Numbered from the stretch's first letter, positions 26,041 to 38,052 are shown. The stretch: 64,000 nt of DNA from Sphaerodactylus townsendi (GCF_021028975.2 NC_059438.1:6634001-6698000); one strand, 5' to 3'. Numbers and translations are program-made. The notes: generated by a model not told the origin, from the letters alone.

Positions 26041-28329
26041 GTGAGTTTTTGGCCCGGGCTTCTCCGCCCCGGTTTTTGCTTCCCACTCCTCCCCCGGCTC
26101 AGCTGCAAGGAGACGCTTCTAGGGGGCTTGGTCGCCGCCGGGGCAGGTGCAGGTGCAGCTCAGCCGACTAAAAGGGATATGGATTAAACAGGCAATACCG
26201 ACCCCCCCCCCCCAAACCATCTTTTCAGTTGCTAGGCGACTTGCAGTCCTTGCAAGACTTGAGAATCCCCCCCCCCCTCCGCGCGACTACTTCTAGGACA
26301 GAGTCCCCCTAGGAGAGGGGGGAAACGCGCCTGTTTGGGAGATGTTGGCTGTGGAACCTCCATGTGCAGGAGCAATCTACCTCTGGCTTGGGAAGGGGCA
26401 GAGAAAGGATGCTGCCTGCTTGCCTTACCCAGTTCGAGAGCTTTTAGGTGGGCTAGGTGGATTCTGATCCAGCAAGGATTTTTTTCCATTAAAACCTTTG
26501 AGGGTCACCTCCCCACCCCCTTTGCCGAACCACACCAAACATGCAAAAAGCAGAAGAAGCTTGGAAGGAAAGTTGCGACTTCCCTGGAATGAGACTGACC
26601 GGGTTTGATCTAGAGTAGACTGAGGATCTCAGATTAGAGAGGGATGTTTTGCCATGAGATGGGCAAAATGCTAATGTTCAGTTCTAGGCGCATTTACTTG
26701 AGAGTAAGTCCTACTAAATACAGTGGGACTTACTCCTGAGTAAAACTGCACAGGACAGGGCTGGAAGCATGCCCATCTGCTTGTACATTTCATTACCCCC
26801 ACCCCCAACAAAACTACATCAAAGGGGCGCTGTCATACAGAAAGGTTGCCAACATTTCCCTGCCAATAGCCCTCCTGGGCTTTCAGCGGCTTGCTGCTGA
26901 ACAGCCTCGAAGGGATCCTGTCATTTTAATCTCTGTGCCAGAAAAACTTCAACAACTCAATGCAGAGGTTTGTTCAAAGCACAGGAGCTCTTTTTTTTTT
27001 GGGGGGGGGGGAGGCTGCAGTTGGCAACTCTATAATCAGGGTTTGCAAGGCAGGAGAGAACATATCCCAGGCAAACTGGACTACTGGAACGTCCGCCTCG
27101 CTAAGCAAAGTTGGGAACCTGCCAATATCCCATTAAGAGACCAGCAATTTGTCTTTTGGGGGCTATTGGCTCCAAAGCAACTTTGCCATTAGTGTTAATA
27201 GTAGGCAGAGGAGGTACTTAATTCTCAAAGATGGACAAGAAGGGAAATTAAAGCACTGAACTGCTTTTAGTTGCCAGCTTCCAGGTCAATGTCACAACAG
27301 ATCTGCTGCTCTGGACCATCAAGATGATCCAAAGCATGTCATTGTTTCTTTCCATCAGGGAGCTGAGAGTAGTATACATACAATTCCCTTTTCATCTCCA
27401 TAACAGCCCTGTAGTGTGGGCTGGGTTGGGACAGCTGGTGACCGGTACCTGTGGCTGGGTGAGGATTTGAACCCAAGTCTTGGAGACTACAATCTGACAC
27501 CTTGGCCACACAGCCCACTCCCTCTGTTGAAGTGGACCTGCTCCCAATGGTATAGTAATAATGCATAGCATTTCTATAACTTTTTAGATGGTTTGTGTAC
27601 ATTCTCAGGCATCTATCCTTTAACAACCCTGTAAGGTAGGACAGGATTATCTCCCAATGGCAGGTTTTCAAGGCCATTCTCTGTAGGGAGCAATGTGATA
27701 GGAAGGGGAAATGGGAGGGGAACGTTTGTTGCTGTTGATAGTGCCCTCTGCTCAGGAAGGGAAGTTAAACTGAACTAAAAAATTAACAATTATTTTTGCT
27801 GAAGTCATATTTTTCTCCTCCATGGTAGTTGGAGAGAGAAAACATCACTTGGAAGGAACGTGGGCTCAACACTGCTACTTCTGCCATGGGGTAACAAAGA
27901 GGATGACCCTCCAGTTTAACTTAATTTAGAGGGGAATTTGGTGGATTCAAAGGGCTGAAACTAAAGTATCTTGCATTATTGGTGGAACTAAAGGGAGATT
28001 CTGAGAAATTAAGCCTTTCATTAGTGTCTACTTGGTGCTTGGAGAGGGGCAGGTCATAGCTGGCTATTTAATCTGGGTAAATGGTTTGATCGCTGTGACA
28101 AGCAGGGTCTGATGCTGGGTTCTGTTTTCACCAAGCAGGGAAGTTTGATGAGATTTTTTTGCAACAAAATTTTTCATCTCTTCCTCACCCCCCACCACCA
28201 AGAATTGATGTATCAAACATGAAAGCCGTTACCACAGCCGTTGTTCATCAGATCTTGCTCTTCTACTGCAAGTCAATGTGGCTACTTTTGGCAGATATGA
28301 CTTGCTAGTATCTGATGATGATGATGATA

Positions 28330-28615
28330 ATGAAGAAGAAGAAGAGTTTGGATTTATCTCTCCTGTAAAGAGACTCAAAGGAGCTTACAATCTCCTTTCT
28401 CTTCCCCCCTCACAACAAACAGCCTGTGAGGTTGGTGGGACTGAGAGAGCTCCGAAGAACTGTGACTAGCCCAAAGTCGCCCAGCTGGCATGTGTTGGAG
28501 TGCACAAACTAATCTGGTTCACTAGATAAGCCTCCCCAGCTCAAGTGGCAGAGCGGGGGATCAAACCTGGTTCTCCAGATTAGAGTGCACCTGCTCTTAA
28601 CCACTACACCACGCT
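28330..28615 (-). mobile_element. Squam3-like SINE
   Basis: Full-length copy with (CTT)n tail. Confidence 0.8.
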
Positions 28616-29117
28616 GAAGGGAGCTGTGACTCTCAAAAGCTAATACCCCGAGAATCTTTTTGGTCTTGGAGGAATTCGTAACTGTTGATACTGTTCTCTA
28701 GGCTGACGGTTCAAAGTGATCACACACGAATAGCATCTGTCAGTCCCCCCCCACACACACACACTCCAACACACTGTACTGATGAACACAAGAATCAGTA
28801 TTTTGTTAGCAGCCTGCAGAACCTTTTGTACTTCAGCAACTTGCGAGCTATTTTTTATCCAAGTGCTATTTTAACTACCTAATCCTGCACCTGTTTCAGA
28901 TCAATGTTGCAACCTTTAAATCAAAGATTCTGCAATCGTTTTTTCTTTTTAAATGTACCCTATAAGAAATGTTTATAGTTGTCTAAACTTTGGGAATGGG
29001 GAACTTGTAAAGCCTCTGAGTTGGACTTGAAAATGATGAGCGAATGGGAGTTAATGTTGGCCATTCCCAAAGAGCATCTTGCAACAAATCAGCAAAGACT
29101 CTAGCTCTGAATGTGCC

Positions 29118-29271
29118 TTCTTCCCCCTGGGTCCATTCACTGACTTGAAGACCTGGTGCAAAAAAAGTTGGTTGGTCAGGGTGGGGAGAGGGTGGCCGCC
29201 CATATGGGGTGGGGGGGACGGGACACACTCAGTTTTTGCACCGTGCTACATTTTCCCTAGATACGCCTCTG
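29118..29271 (-). mobile_element. One-ended copy of the CAGAGGCGTATCTAGG hAT MITE
   Basis: Reverse complement of the first ~150 bp of 57556-57802; second TIR and TSD missing. Confidence 0.8.
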
Positions 29272-29465
29272 ATGCTAAAGTCTCCAGGGCATCCAACAAA
29301 GTGAGTTCTAAGTCACAAAAGCTGGAAAAAATTGTGTTCATTGTTAAGGAGTCGCCAGACTTCAGTTTAATTTTGCTGCAATCGGCTAGCACAGCTGTCC
29401 CTCTTGAACTACTAGAATTGAGCATCTCTCCTTGCAATCTTTCTATGGATAAGATTGACTTGCAT
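29246..29465 (-). CDS. Candidate terminal coding exon of the cytokine-like gene (C-D loop, helix D)
   Basis: Acceptor ttttttcttttaatactaaag|, phase 2. Open frame (R)CKSILSIERLQGEMLNSSSSRGTAVLADCSKIKLKSGDSLTMNTIFSSFCDLELTLLDALETLA-SEAYLGKM*. The last residues and stop lie in a hAT element end. Confidence 0.55.
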
Positions 29466-30697
29466 CTTTAGTATTAAAAGAAAAAATGTGTGCCCTGCCC
29501 TTCAGGAGCTTGGCAGATTGTTTTTAACTACCCTGTGAAAAAGTACAGTGGCAATAATTTTTTAAAGAGCGTTACACAATCAGTGGAGAGAAATACTTAA
29601 TCATGAAAATGGTGTTATCTAGAATTGGCAATGAATGGGGTGAGTGCAAATTGAACTCCGTTTTGCAAGTGCTTCTGAAAAGCAGAAGGGATTTGCTGTA
29701 ACTGGCAACAGAACTGGAGAGATTAATTCATGGTAGTGTCCATCCACCTCTTCCACAACTCGTTCTCTTAGACTACTTTAAGGAAGGGGAAAGCACGCAT
29801 GACAACCTTTTCCAGGAAAACTGGAATGTGAAACATGGACTGCAAAAGCGTATGGCTCCAACAGCGCTACCTTATGCACATTTTCCTGATAAAAAGCTCC
29901 ATTGAATGCAGTGAGATTTACTTCCAAGGAATCAGCACAGAGAATTGCTCTGCAAATCATTTTAGTGCTCCAAAAACGGGATATGATAATTTTTAATTGA
30001 CTTGTATCCTACCAATCTACCCAGCCAAGGTTGGAGCCTTCCTCCACCATTGTTCCATTGGAGGAACTCTCCATGCTTGGTTAGAGGGAGGAATCGGCTA
30101 TAGGCCAGTGAGACTGGATTGTTTTTACATTTTTACATTGAATTATTTTTACATTTTTGCATTGAATATGGAAGCTGCCTTGAAAGCAATGTGTTGAGTA
30201 TGTGAGGTGTGTTTTTAAATGAATAATCCTATTGACAGCTATATGAACATATGTCTATATTATTTGTCCCCATGGAATTTAGGACAGTAGGGCTACCAAG
30301 TAGACTTTCCAATTGCCTGGGTCTGGTAGGGAATGCCCCAGCCCCAATCTCCCATCCTTGGGTTACTGAGGAATGAGAGAAAAAATGGCCCCCATAGTGA
30401 CTCTAGGAATTTCCTTGAGTCTCTACCATATGTTCTGTACCATAAAAAATACGTAAAGTTCCTAGAGTGTCACCAGGAAGTGCCATCACATCCTCCCCAA
30501 ATTTCATTCTCCCCAGACACTTTCCACACCCCAAATGCCCAGTATTTGCCTAAGCATTGTAACGAACCCTAATCCTGATTAATCTTCTATGTATGGACTG
30601 CCCAAACCCACTTCTGGGTAGCAAGTAGCAGGCAGTGCTGATTCTTATGATGTGTTCATATCACTATGTTCCCTTGTTAGGATGAGAAGGGATACAC

Positions 30698-30923
30698 CTT
30701 CCTGGACTTCTCCCAGTGTTCTCCCAGTTTGTTAAGGTTGTGATGAACTTCAAGACTCCTGTGATCAGCATTTGATCTTTAATACGATTGAGCAGCTCAT
30801 TCACATACGATTCAAACTTCGTGCTGCAATGTTTTTGCTCAGTGTTCAAGTAAAACATCATGGGGATATCTTTGCACCTGGGCTGCAGCTGCTTTTGCTG
30901 GCTTTGCAGCCTGGACAGCTCTT
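30698..30923 (-). CDS. Candidate exon of an antisense-nested short-chain helical cytokine-like gene (A-B loop, helices B and C)
   Basis: Acceptor ttatttattcacag| and donor GAAG|gtgtat. Open frame ELSRLQSQQKQLQPRCKDIPMMFYLNTEQKHCSTKFESYVNELLNRIKDQMLITGVLKFITTLTNWENTGRSPG. The phase-2 end matches the next exon. Confidence 0.55.
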
Positions 30924-31197
30924 CTGTGAATAAATAACCAAGTAGCTCTCATCCTGCCTCACCTCACAGATCAAATGGAACAGCATTGGCCTTTCACATT
31001 TGGAGAGAGGTGATATTTGCCAGACAGGAGCCACACGGCTCTTCAGGGAGCAATTAGTCGTTTCCTGAAGAATAACTACAATGCCTATGAGGCTGTGCGC
31101 ATGCAGAAATTATTCCGGATCTAAACAGTTCATTTGTTTTTCTTGCTAACAAACACCAGTCATATAGGTAAGAGGATGGCCCACACAGATAACAAAC

Positions 31198-31270
31198 TGT
31201 GCAGCCTCGAGACATGGACTAACTGTTCCAGATCCGCACAGTTCTGGGAGATGTTGCACATAAAAGTCCA
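31198..31270 (-). CDS. Candidate upstream exon of the cytokine-like gene (helix A)
   Basis: Acceptor cattaatatttcactgttag| and donor CACA|gtttgt. Reads WTFMCNISQNCADLEQLVHVSRLH with a phase-1 end compatible with exon 30698-30923. An alternative donor and frame also fit. Confidence 0.35.
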
Positions 31271-32685
31271 CTAACAGTGAAATATTAATGAGGTAAAAGC
31301 AGCCAAAGCACAGGGAGTGAGAGAGCTTTGGGAAAGCTGTGTGAGAACAGACTTTCTTTGCACAGTCAAGCATATGCAAACTGTTCAAATGCAGGTGAAT
31401 GGTTCATTAAATGTTTGGTTGTGCGGATTGCAGCTTGCTGATAGATCATGAATGGTCTGTACAGAGATGTAGCGTACTCCTAATGTTATCTGCACAGCAT
31501 ACCTATGGGGACGCCAAGAATGGTTCATCATTAAGCATGGCCTACTCTAGAGGGACTCCTCCAGACTAGAACCATTAGTGATTGCAGGCAGAAAACCTCT
31601 GACATATAATTTCAAGTCAAACTCAGGCTTGGACAAGCATGATGACATTTCCAGAGAACTGAAAATCATTTGAAAGGAGATCACTGCTAATCACTATGTG
31701 TGCACATACTGGTACTCTTCTTTGGCTTTTTGTAAACAGGTGCAGTAGGCTTTTAGATAGTTTCACAAACATGTAGAACCTGTTTGATGAGAGGTGTCAG
31801 AAAGGCAAAAAAGTGTGGTGTATATGATGGGAAAAGAAGAACTACATTTGGACTCAGTAGCACCTTAAAGACCAACGAGATTTTTGGGTATACTCTTTTA
31901 TGAGTCAAAGTTTTCTTTGTCACATGATGGGGGCGGGGACTTTCTCAAACCACTTCATTTACAGCATTGTGGTTTTTCAGCTCCATTATCCTCCGAGCAA
32001 GAGTTGGCTGAAAAAAAAAGTACAGAAACGCCAAATTAAATAGTTTATGCTCTACTTCCTTGGATTAGGATGCAGTTTTAGCTGCCACAGTGACAAATCA
32101 CTATGATATTATGGTCTGTCCTGTCAATTCAAAGAATCAAGCTTGTTAATGCTTATTTAATGATTGAAAGAATCCTCTTCAAAGTAGGCAAAGCAAGACG
32201 ACAAGAGGGACGGTTCACTCCTGAGCAGAGTTACGCCTTCTAAGCCCATCAATTTAACACACTAGCAATAAGTCCACCACATTCTCCAGACCCAACTCTG
32301 TTTTCCTGCAGCAGCTGCAAAAAATGTCTGTTAATAAATGAAGGAGATCCTCTTTGGACTTGGGCTTCTGTCCCCTTCCTGGTTTTCTGCAAAGACAAGG
32401 AGTTGGGTGGAGAGTTTTTTCTCTTGTTTTTGCTGCTCCACATTGAGTATTCTGTGCATGCTAAGCAGCAAAAAAGTGGACTCCATGGCCTTATATGAAA
32501 TCCCTCCCTTCCCCAAACTCAGCTTCTTCAGCCCCCCCCCCCCCCAAATCTCCATGTATTTCACCATGCAAAGCTAGCAACCCTATATTATATATCCCTG
32601 AAGGAGGACAGGGTTTGGTGAATGGAAGGACATGGAGATTTGGAGGGTGGGAGGTCAGGGTTGGGGGGATATAATGGCATAGAAT

Positions 32686-32854
32686 CAGGGGTGAAGCAAG
32701 GGGGAACTGCGCCCAGGGCACGCATGCGACTTGTGCCCTGCCACACCCTCTTTATGCCCTGCCATGCCCGCTCCATGCCCCAGCCACACACCCCTACAAG
32801 CGGGCGCCCGGGGAATTCCACTGCCCCAACTATCCCGTTGGCGCTACGCCACTG
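32686..32854. mobile_element. hAT MITE (CAGTGGCGTAGC end) nested in a TAGGGTTGCCA-family element
   Basis: Perfect TSD catagaat. Confidence 0.82.
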
Positions 32855-33368
32855 CATAGAATCCAGCTTTCAAAGTGGTCATTTCCCTCAAGTCAACTGA
32901 CCTCTGGAGATAATTTGTAATTGAGGAGTGCTACTAAGGCAAGGCTGTTTAGTTTGAAACCACAAGCCTTGTTAATGGGAAAGAGAGAGTTGTAAATCTC
33001 AGATGCATTCTAGCTAATTTGCATTTATATAGAATCAAGATATTTATACGGATACAGGAGATACAAAAAAGAAATCCACTAACCTCAGCAACCCTTGGAG
33101 AAAAGGCCATAAGCCATGCACTGAAACTACTCTAAAGAACAGAAGTCCACAAAAGAACTTTATAGGTCTAGGATATAATGGAGGATAATGGTCAAGACTA
33201 GCATCTGGGTGCACAACCTCTGGTCCAGTGTTCCAGGACAGCCCTCTGTGCAGCAGGAATCAGCTGATCTTGCCCTCTTTTTCTGGGTAATGGTTCAGGG
33301 ACTCGGGGGGGGGGGTGAGCTTCCATTTTGTGTGAGGGGGTGTCCAGAGAACTGGTGGGGGTCATGCC

Positions 33369-33796
33369 CAATGGTGGGATTCAAATAATTTAACAATTGG
33401 TTGTTTACAAGCGGTGGTTTGTGATTAAGGGCAGGTGTATCTAATCTGGAGGAATCGGGATTGATTCCCTGCTCTGCCACCTGAGCTGTGGAGGCTTATC
33501 TGAGCAATTCAGATTAGCCTGTACACTCCAACACATGCCAGCTGGGTGATCTTGAGCTAGTCACAGTTCTTCTGAGCTCTCTCAGCCCCACCTACATCAC
33601 AGGGTGTTTGTTGTGTGTGGGGGGGGGGGGGAAAGGAGATTGTAAGCCCCTTTGAGTCTTCTTGCAGGAGAGAAAGGGGGGGATATTAATCCAACTCTTC
33701 TTCTTCTTCTTCTTCTTCTTCTTCTTCTTCTTCTTCTTCTTCATTTTAACAACTGGTTCTGCCGAAGTGGCGCGAACCTGCTGAATCCCACCACTG
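33369..33796. mobile_element. CAGTGGTGGGATTC-family MITE with nested Squam3-like SINE (~33411-33741)
   Basis: The two halves rejoin to the 9487-9584 element; TSD gtcatgcc / gtcatgac; the SINE has a (CTT)n tail. Confidence 0.85.
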
Positions 33797-34059
33797 GTCA
33801 TGACTCTTTTAAACCCCAGGAGTGCTGGCAGAGCTAAAAGAAACATGAAAGAGTTTCTTTTAGCTCTGTCAGCACTCCTGGGGTTTAAAAGAGCCTGACA
33901 GAATTTTCCAGAAGGGTTTGTATGGGAGTGGACATGTATGCCCAGGAGTAGGTGGTGGGTGGCAACACAAAAGATTATTTTGCCCAGCATCCCCCAAAAC
34001 CTAGACCCAGCCCTGTAGACAATGGTATACCAATTAGATATACTTCCCCACTCACCCTG

Positions 34060-34350
34060 AGAGCCAGCATGGTGTAGTGGTTAAGAACAGGTGGATTCTA
34101 ATCTGGAGACCTGAGTTTGATTCCCCACTCCTCCACCTGAATGGCAGAGGCTTATCTGGAGAACCAGATGTGTTTCCGCACTCCTACATTCCTGCTGGGT
34201 GACCTTGGGCTAGTCACGGTTCTTTGGAACTCTCTCAGCCCCACCTAACTCACAAGGTGTCTGTTGTGGGAAGAGGAGTGGAAAGGAGCTTGTAAGCCAC
34301 CTTGAGTCTCCTTACAGGATAGAAAGGTGGGATATAAATCCAAACCAAAC
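34060..34350 (+). mobile_element. Squam3-like SINE
   Basis: gagccagcatggtgtagtggttaag head, B-box gtttgattccc. Confidence 0.8.
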
Positions 34351-34351
34351 T

Positions 34352-34443
34352 ACCCACCCACCCACCCATCCATCCATCCATCCATCCATCCATCCATCCA
34401 TCCATCCATCCATCCATCCATCCATCCATCCATCCATCCATCC
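34352..34443. repeat. (ACCC)n(ATCC)n tetranucleotide microsatellite at SINE tail
   Basis: Read directly. Confidence 0.95.
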
Positions 34444-36267
34444 AGATATAGATCTATCTACCAATAATAGATAAGATAGATAGTGTTGCAAGACTGCATT
34501 AACACTGATAAAAATTACTAGTACATACAGTATGGCTTAGCAGTTAGAGCATTGATAACCCTGGTCCATAACCCAACTGAGGAGACAAGTTCACTATAAC
34601 GGCCATTGTCTCCTTGCCTAGACAACCTCATAAGGTTGTTGTGAGGGCAACATGAGGGGAAACCATTCATGTCCCCTCGAGAGCTGTGAGGAAGAAGAAC
34701 AGAATAAAAATGTAGCAGATAAACATTCAATAGTGTGGCTGGCCACCCCTCCCCCCAGGCCATCTTGTCCTGAACCATTACTATCTGGTATGTGTTTGCA
34801 AGCATGTTTTAATTGAGCCACGGCAGATGCTGATTCTTGGCCTTTCTCCACTCTGCTTTAGACTTCTGTGCTAGAGATTCTCTTTGGTGTATTTTTGGTC
34901 CCAATCTGACTTCACATACAGACTTGCACCCTGCAAATCTTATGGATGTCAAAAGTGCAACTCTTGGGAATGATCTATCATTCAACTTTTTTTAAAAAAA
35001 AGTTTGGCCGGTCTCCAAAAATCAGCAGCAATGCCAAATTTGATAGCTTTCCTCCTTCCTCCTTGGTTCCTTCTCTCAGCTCTCATTAATAAAGCCATCC
35101 TTGAGTAATGTTCTATTGATTTTCCCTTCTGGCTTCATTTCCCACTTCTGGCTTCCCGTCCTTCTTAAATCTTGTGGAAGTTAATTATTATTTCCCCCTT
35201 AAATTAACTACCAATTACTCTACATCATGCTCCTTTGTCCAATAGTGACATTATTGCCCAAGTTGTGTGTGATTTCCTATAATATTTAAGTGTCAGGGAA
35301 ATGGAGGGAGCAAGGAAGTGGAAAATGCACGGCACAGATCGGCCAAACACAGTCCACGCCAATTTAAAATTGTTCAGTATCCATCTTATGAGGAGAGGAA
35401 AAGGGAAGAAATTGTCCTTCTGTCTCTTCTTTCTCCCCAACTCCATTGATGGAAGACAGAGGAGAGGGCAATTTCACAGCCTTTCGTGGCCCACATGGCT
35501 AGTGGATTGCATAGGGAATAAACTTTCTCCAGGTTGAAAAGAAGTGGGAGGGTGGGCAACTGGTGAGCAGGGCAGGCAAGTGAGCCACACGGGCAAGCGA
35601 GTGGGGTGGGCAGGCAAACGGCCAATAGGGTGGGCGAGTGGCAGGTTAGCAAGTAGCAGTGGCAAGAGGGCAACCGGTGGTGGCAGGCAGCCAAATGCAC
35701 CCCCATGTGACCCAGGGGAGTGGTGCCGGGGTCTTAAGCCCCCTCATGCCTCCCGCAGGTACGCCACTGCCTGAATCCAAATTGAATGGAATGAAAGTTG
35801 CTTGTCCATTCTACGTTGGCCATTTCAGGCTCAAATCTCTTTTTGCAAAAAAACCCCCCAAAACATCCCGAGAGACTAACGATGATCTCTAATTTCTGAA
35901 AGTTCAAATCCCCGCTCTGCCTTGAAGCCACTCGCTGTCTCTTAACTTAAACTGCCTCCGTGTATCTCACAATGGAAATTCTGCCACTCAAAAGCTCACG
36001 CACTGAAAATCTTGTTGAACTATGACGTTCTACTGGACTCACATCTAGCTGTTCTGCTTCGTGGTTAGGATAAATGATGTGAGTTTGTTGCAGCCGGGGC
36101 AGGGTGTGCGCGCAATGCATGCCATCTTCTACTCCATGCAGAAAGGGCAGAAGAAAGACCTTTTAAATAGTTACCGTGACTGTTAAGCTTCCACAGTATG
36201 TTGTCAGGGTGGACAATTAAGCCAGGGGAATTGTGTGGGCTGGAAGGGAAGGCAGAATGGTATAGCC

Positions 36268-36415
36268 GAGGGGTAGGGAACCTGCGGCTCTCCAGATGTT
36301 CAGGAACTACAATTCCCATCAGCCCCTACCAGCATGGCCAATTGGCCATGCTGACAGAGGCTGATGGGAATTGTAGTTCCTGGACATCTGGAGAGCCGCA
36401 GGTTCCCTACCCCTG
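36268..36415. mobile_element. Palindromic hAT MITE (same family as 21581-21728)
   Basis: Nearly identical hairpin sequence; TSD not evident. Confidence 0.88.
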
Positions 36416-37021
36416 GAACTTTAGCCCTACCTGGAAGGGAAGGCTGTTCCAAGGAAGACCCTGCAGAGCAAGGCAATGGCAAACCACCTCTGCTAAATGA
36501 CTTGTCTTGAAAGCCCCTTTCAGGAGTTGCCATGAGTCAGCTGTGACTAGGCGGCACTTGACACACGCACACACTGTGCGGGCTGAGGAAATTTCTGAAT
36601 CGACTTAATCGTATGAAGCTACTTTGTATGTCAAGTCAGATCACTGATAGAGCTCAGAGGGTTTTTCCCCAGGGTCTCTTACTGGAGACGAGAAGATTGA
36701 ATTGGAGACCGTTTGGCAAAGGATGTGCTCTGTTACCAAGCTTCTTTCTCTCCTAGCATGAGGGAGGCCAGATAAACTCTGAGGAGTGGTGATCCATCCC
36801 CTGCTATAACTATTCCTTATTTAGATATAAGAACCCTCTTTTCCCCACAGTGGGGAACCAGAGCAGCTTTTAACATCATGATGCCCTCTCAGTTTTTATC
36901 CTCACAACAACCCTGTGAGGTAGGTGTGGCGGACAGTGTGTGACTGGCTCATGGTCACCCGGTGAACTTCCATGGCAAAGCAAGGATTCAAATCTAATCT
37001 AGCAGGCTACTCCCTTAAATG

Positions 37022-37161
37022 CAGTGGCATAGTCCCAGTGGGGTGGGGGGGATACCTGGGTGTGTGCCGGTGTGTGGGCATGGCATGGGTGTGGCGGGGG
37101 CATGGCGGGGGCGCAGGGTGCAAACATGACCCGGGTGCCGTTCCCCCTTGCTCTGCCCCTG
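37022..37161. mobile_element. hAT MITE related to 32686-32854
   Basis: TSD cttaaatg / cttaaatt; shared ends. Confidence 0.75.
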
Positions 37162-37606
37162 CTTAAATTCTGATGTTTCCATTAATAAAGCATCTTGCAG
37201 TTTTCTATATCTGTTGCATCCCTTACTAGTTCATGCTATTTTTTAGATGGAAAATTGAATTTTATCTTTATGGATAATTTTGCAATGGATAACAGAGTCT
37301 TCCAAATCCTGGCTTTGGTCTGAGCCACTGAACAATGTGTTTTACAGGGTACATCCCTTAGGGTGTAATGTGATCTTTTTTCTTTTGAAACTGACTGCGC
37401 ACGGATTTCCAGACTAATTTTTGGTCTATTTCTTTCCTGAGGAACTGAAAGCCAAGCAAATTTCCTTCTGTACCTGGGACAGTGTTGCTCAAACAATATT
37501 TTGACTCAAATAATTTCCAGTTCAATTCAGCCCTGCAGTCATTTTTCTGTGGTGCTGCTACCTTTGACTGCTTTCATTTATGACCCACATAAAAATGAGA
37601 AATTTA

Positions 37607-38052
37607 NNNNNNNNNNNNNNNNNNNNNNNNNNNNNNNNNNNNNNNNNNNNNNNNNNNNNNNNNNNNNNNNNNNNNNNNNNNNNNNNNNNNNNNNNNNNNN
37701 NNNNNNNNNNNNNNNNNNNNNNNNNNNNNNNNNNNNNNNNNNNNNNNNNNNNNNNNNNNNNNNNNNNNNNNNNNNNNNNNNNNNNNNNNNNNNNNNNNNN
37801 NNNNNNGTTTCCTCCAAGCTCTTTCTCTTCTCTTTCCTCTTCTCTTTCCTCTTCTCTTCTCTTTCCTTCTTCCTTTCCTTCTNNNNNNNNNNNNNNNNNN
37901 NNNNNNNNNNNNNNNNNNNNNNNNNNNNNNNNNNNNNNNNNNNNNNNNNNNNNNNNNNNNNNNNNNNNNNNNNNNNNNNNNNNNNNNNNNNNNNNNNNNN
38001 NNNNNNNNNNNNNNNNNNNNNNNNNNNNNNNNNNNNNNNNNNNNNNNNNNNN
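37607..38052. other. Two assembly gaps (200 N at 37607-37806; 170 N at 37883-38052) around a CT-rich simple repeat
   Basis: N runs. Confidence 1.

Larger units (their letters stand above)
25480..26290 (+). promoter_or_regulatory. CpG island / NECAB2 promoter and 5' leader
   Basis: Abrupt GC- and CpG-rich block in CpG-depleted surroundings, with GC boxes (gggcggg), surrounding the NECAB2 ATG. Confidence 0.85.

Noticed and set aside
25475-26108. Long GC-rich ORFs (154 aa +, 164 aa -, others)
   Set aside because: Stop-poor CpG-island artefacts overlapping NECAB2 exon 1.
26041-26187. C-terminal part of the 120-aa ORF starting at 25825
   Set aside because: Read-through into intron 1 past the gtgagt donor; homology stops at VILD.
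30924-30962. Minus-strand donor gtgagg just upstream of the 30923 acceptor
   Set aside because: It would define a 39-nt intron, too short for vertebrate splicing.
34060-34135. tRNA genes at SINE heads
   Set aside because: A/B boxes run on into SINE bodies and tails; no full cloverleaf.
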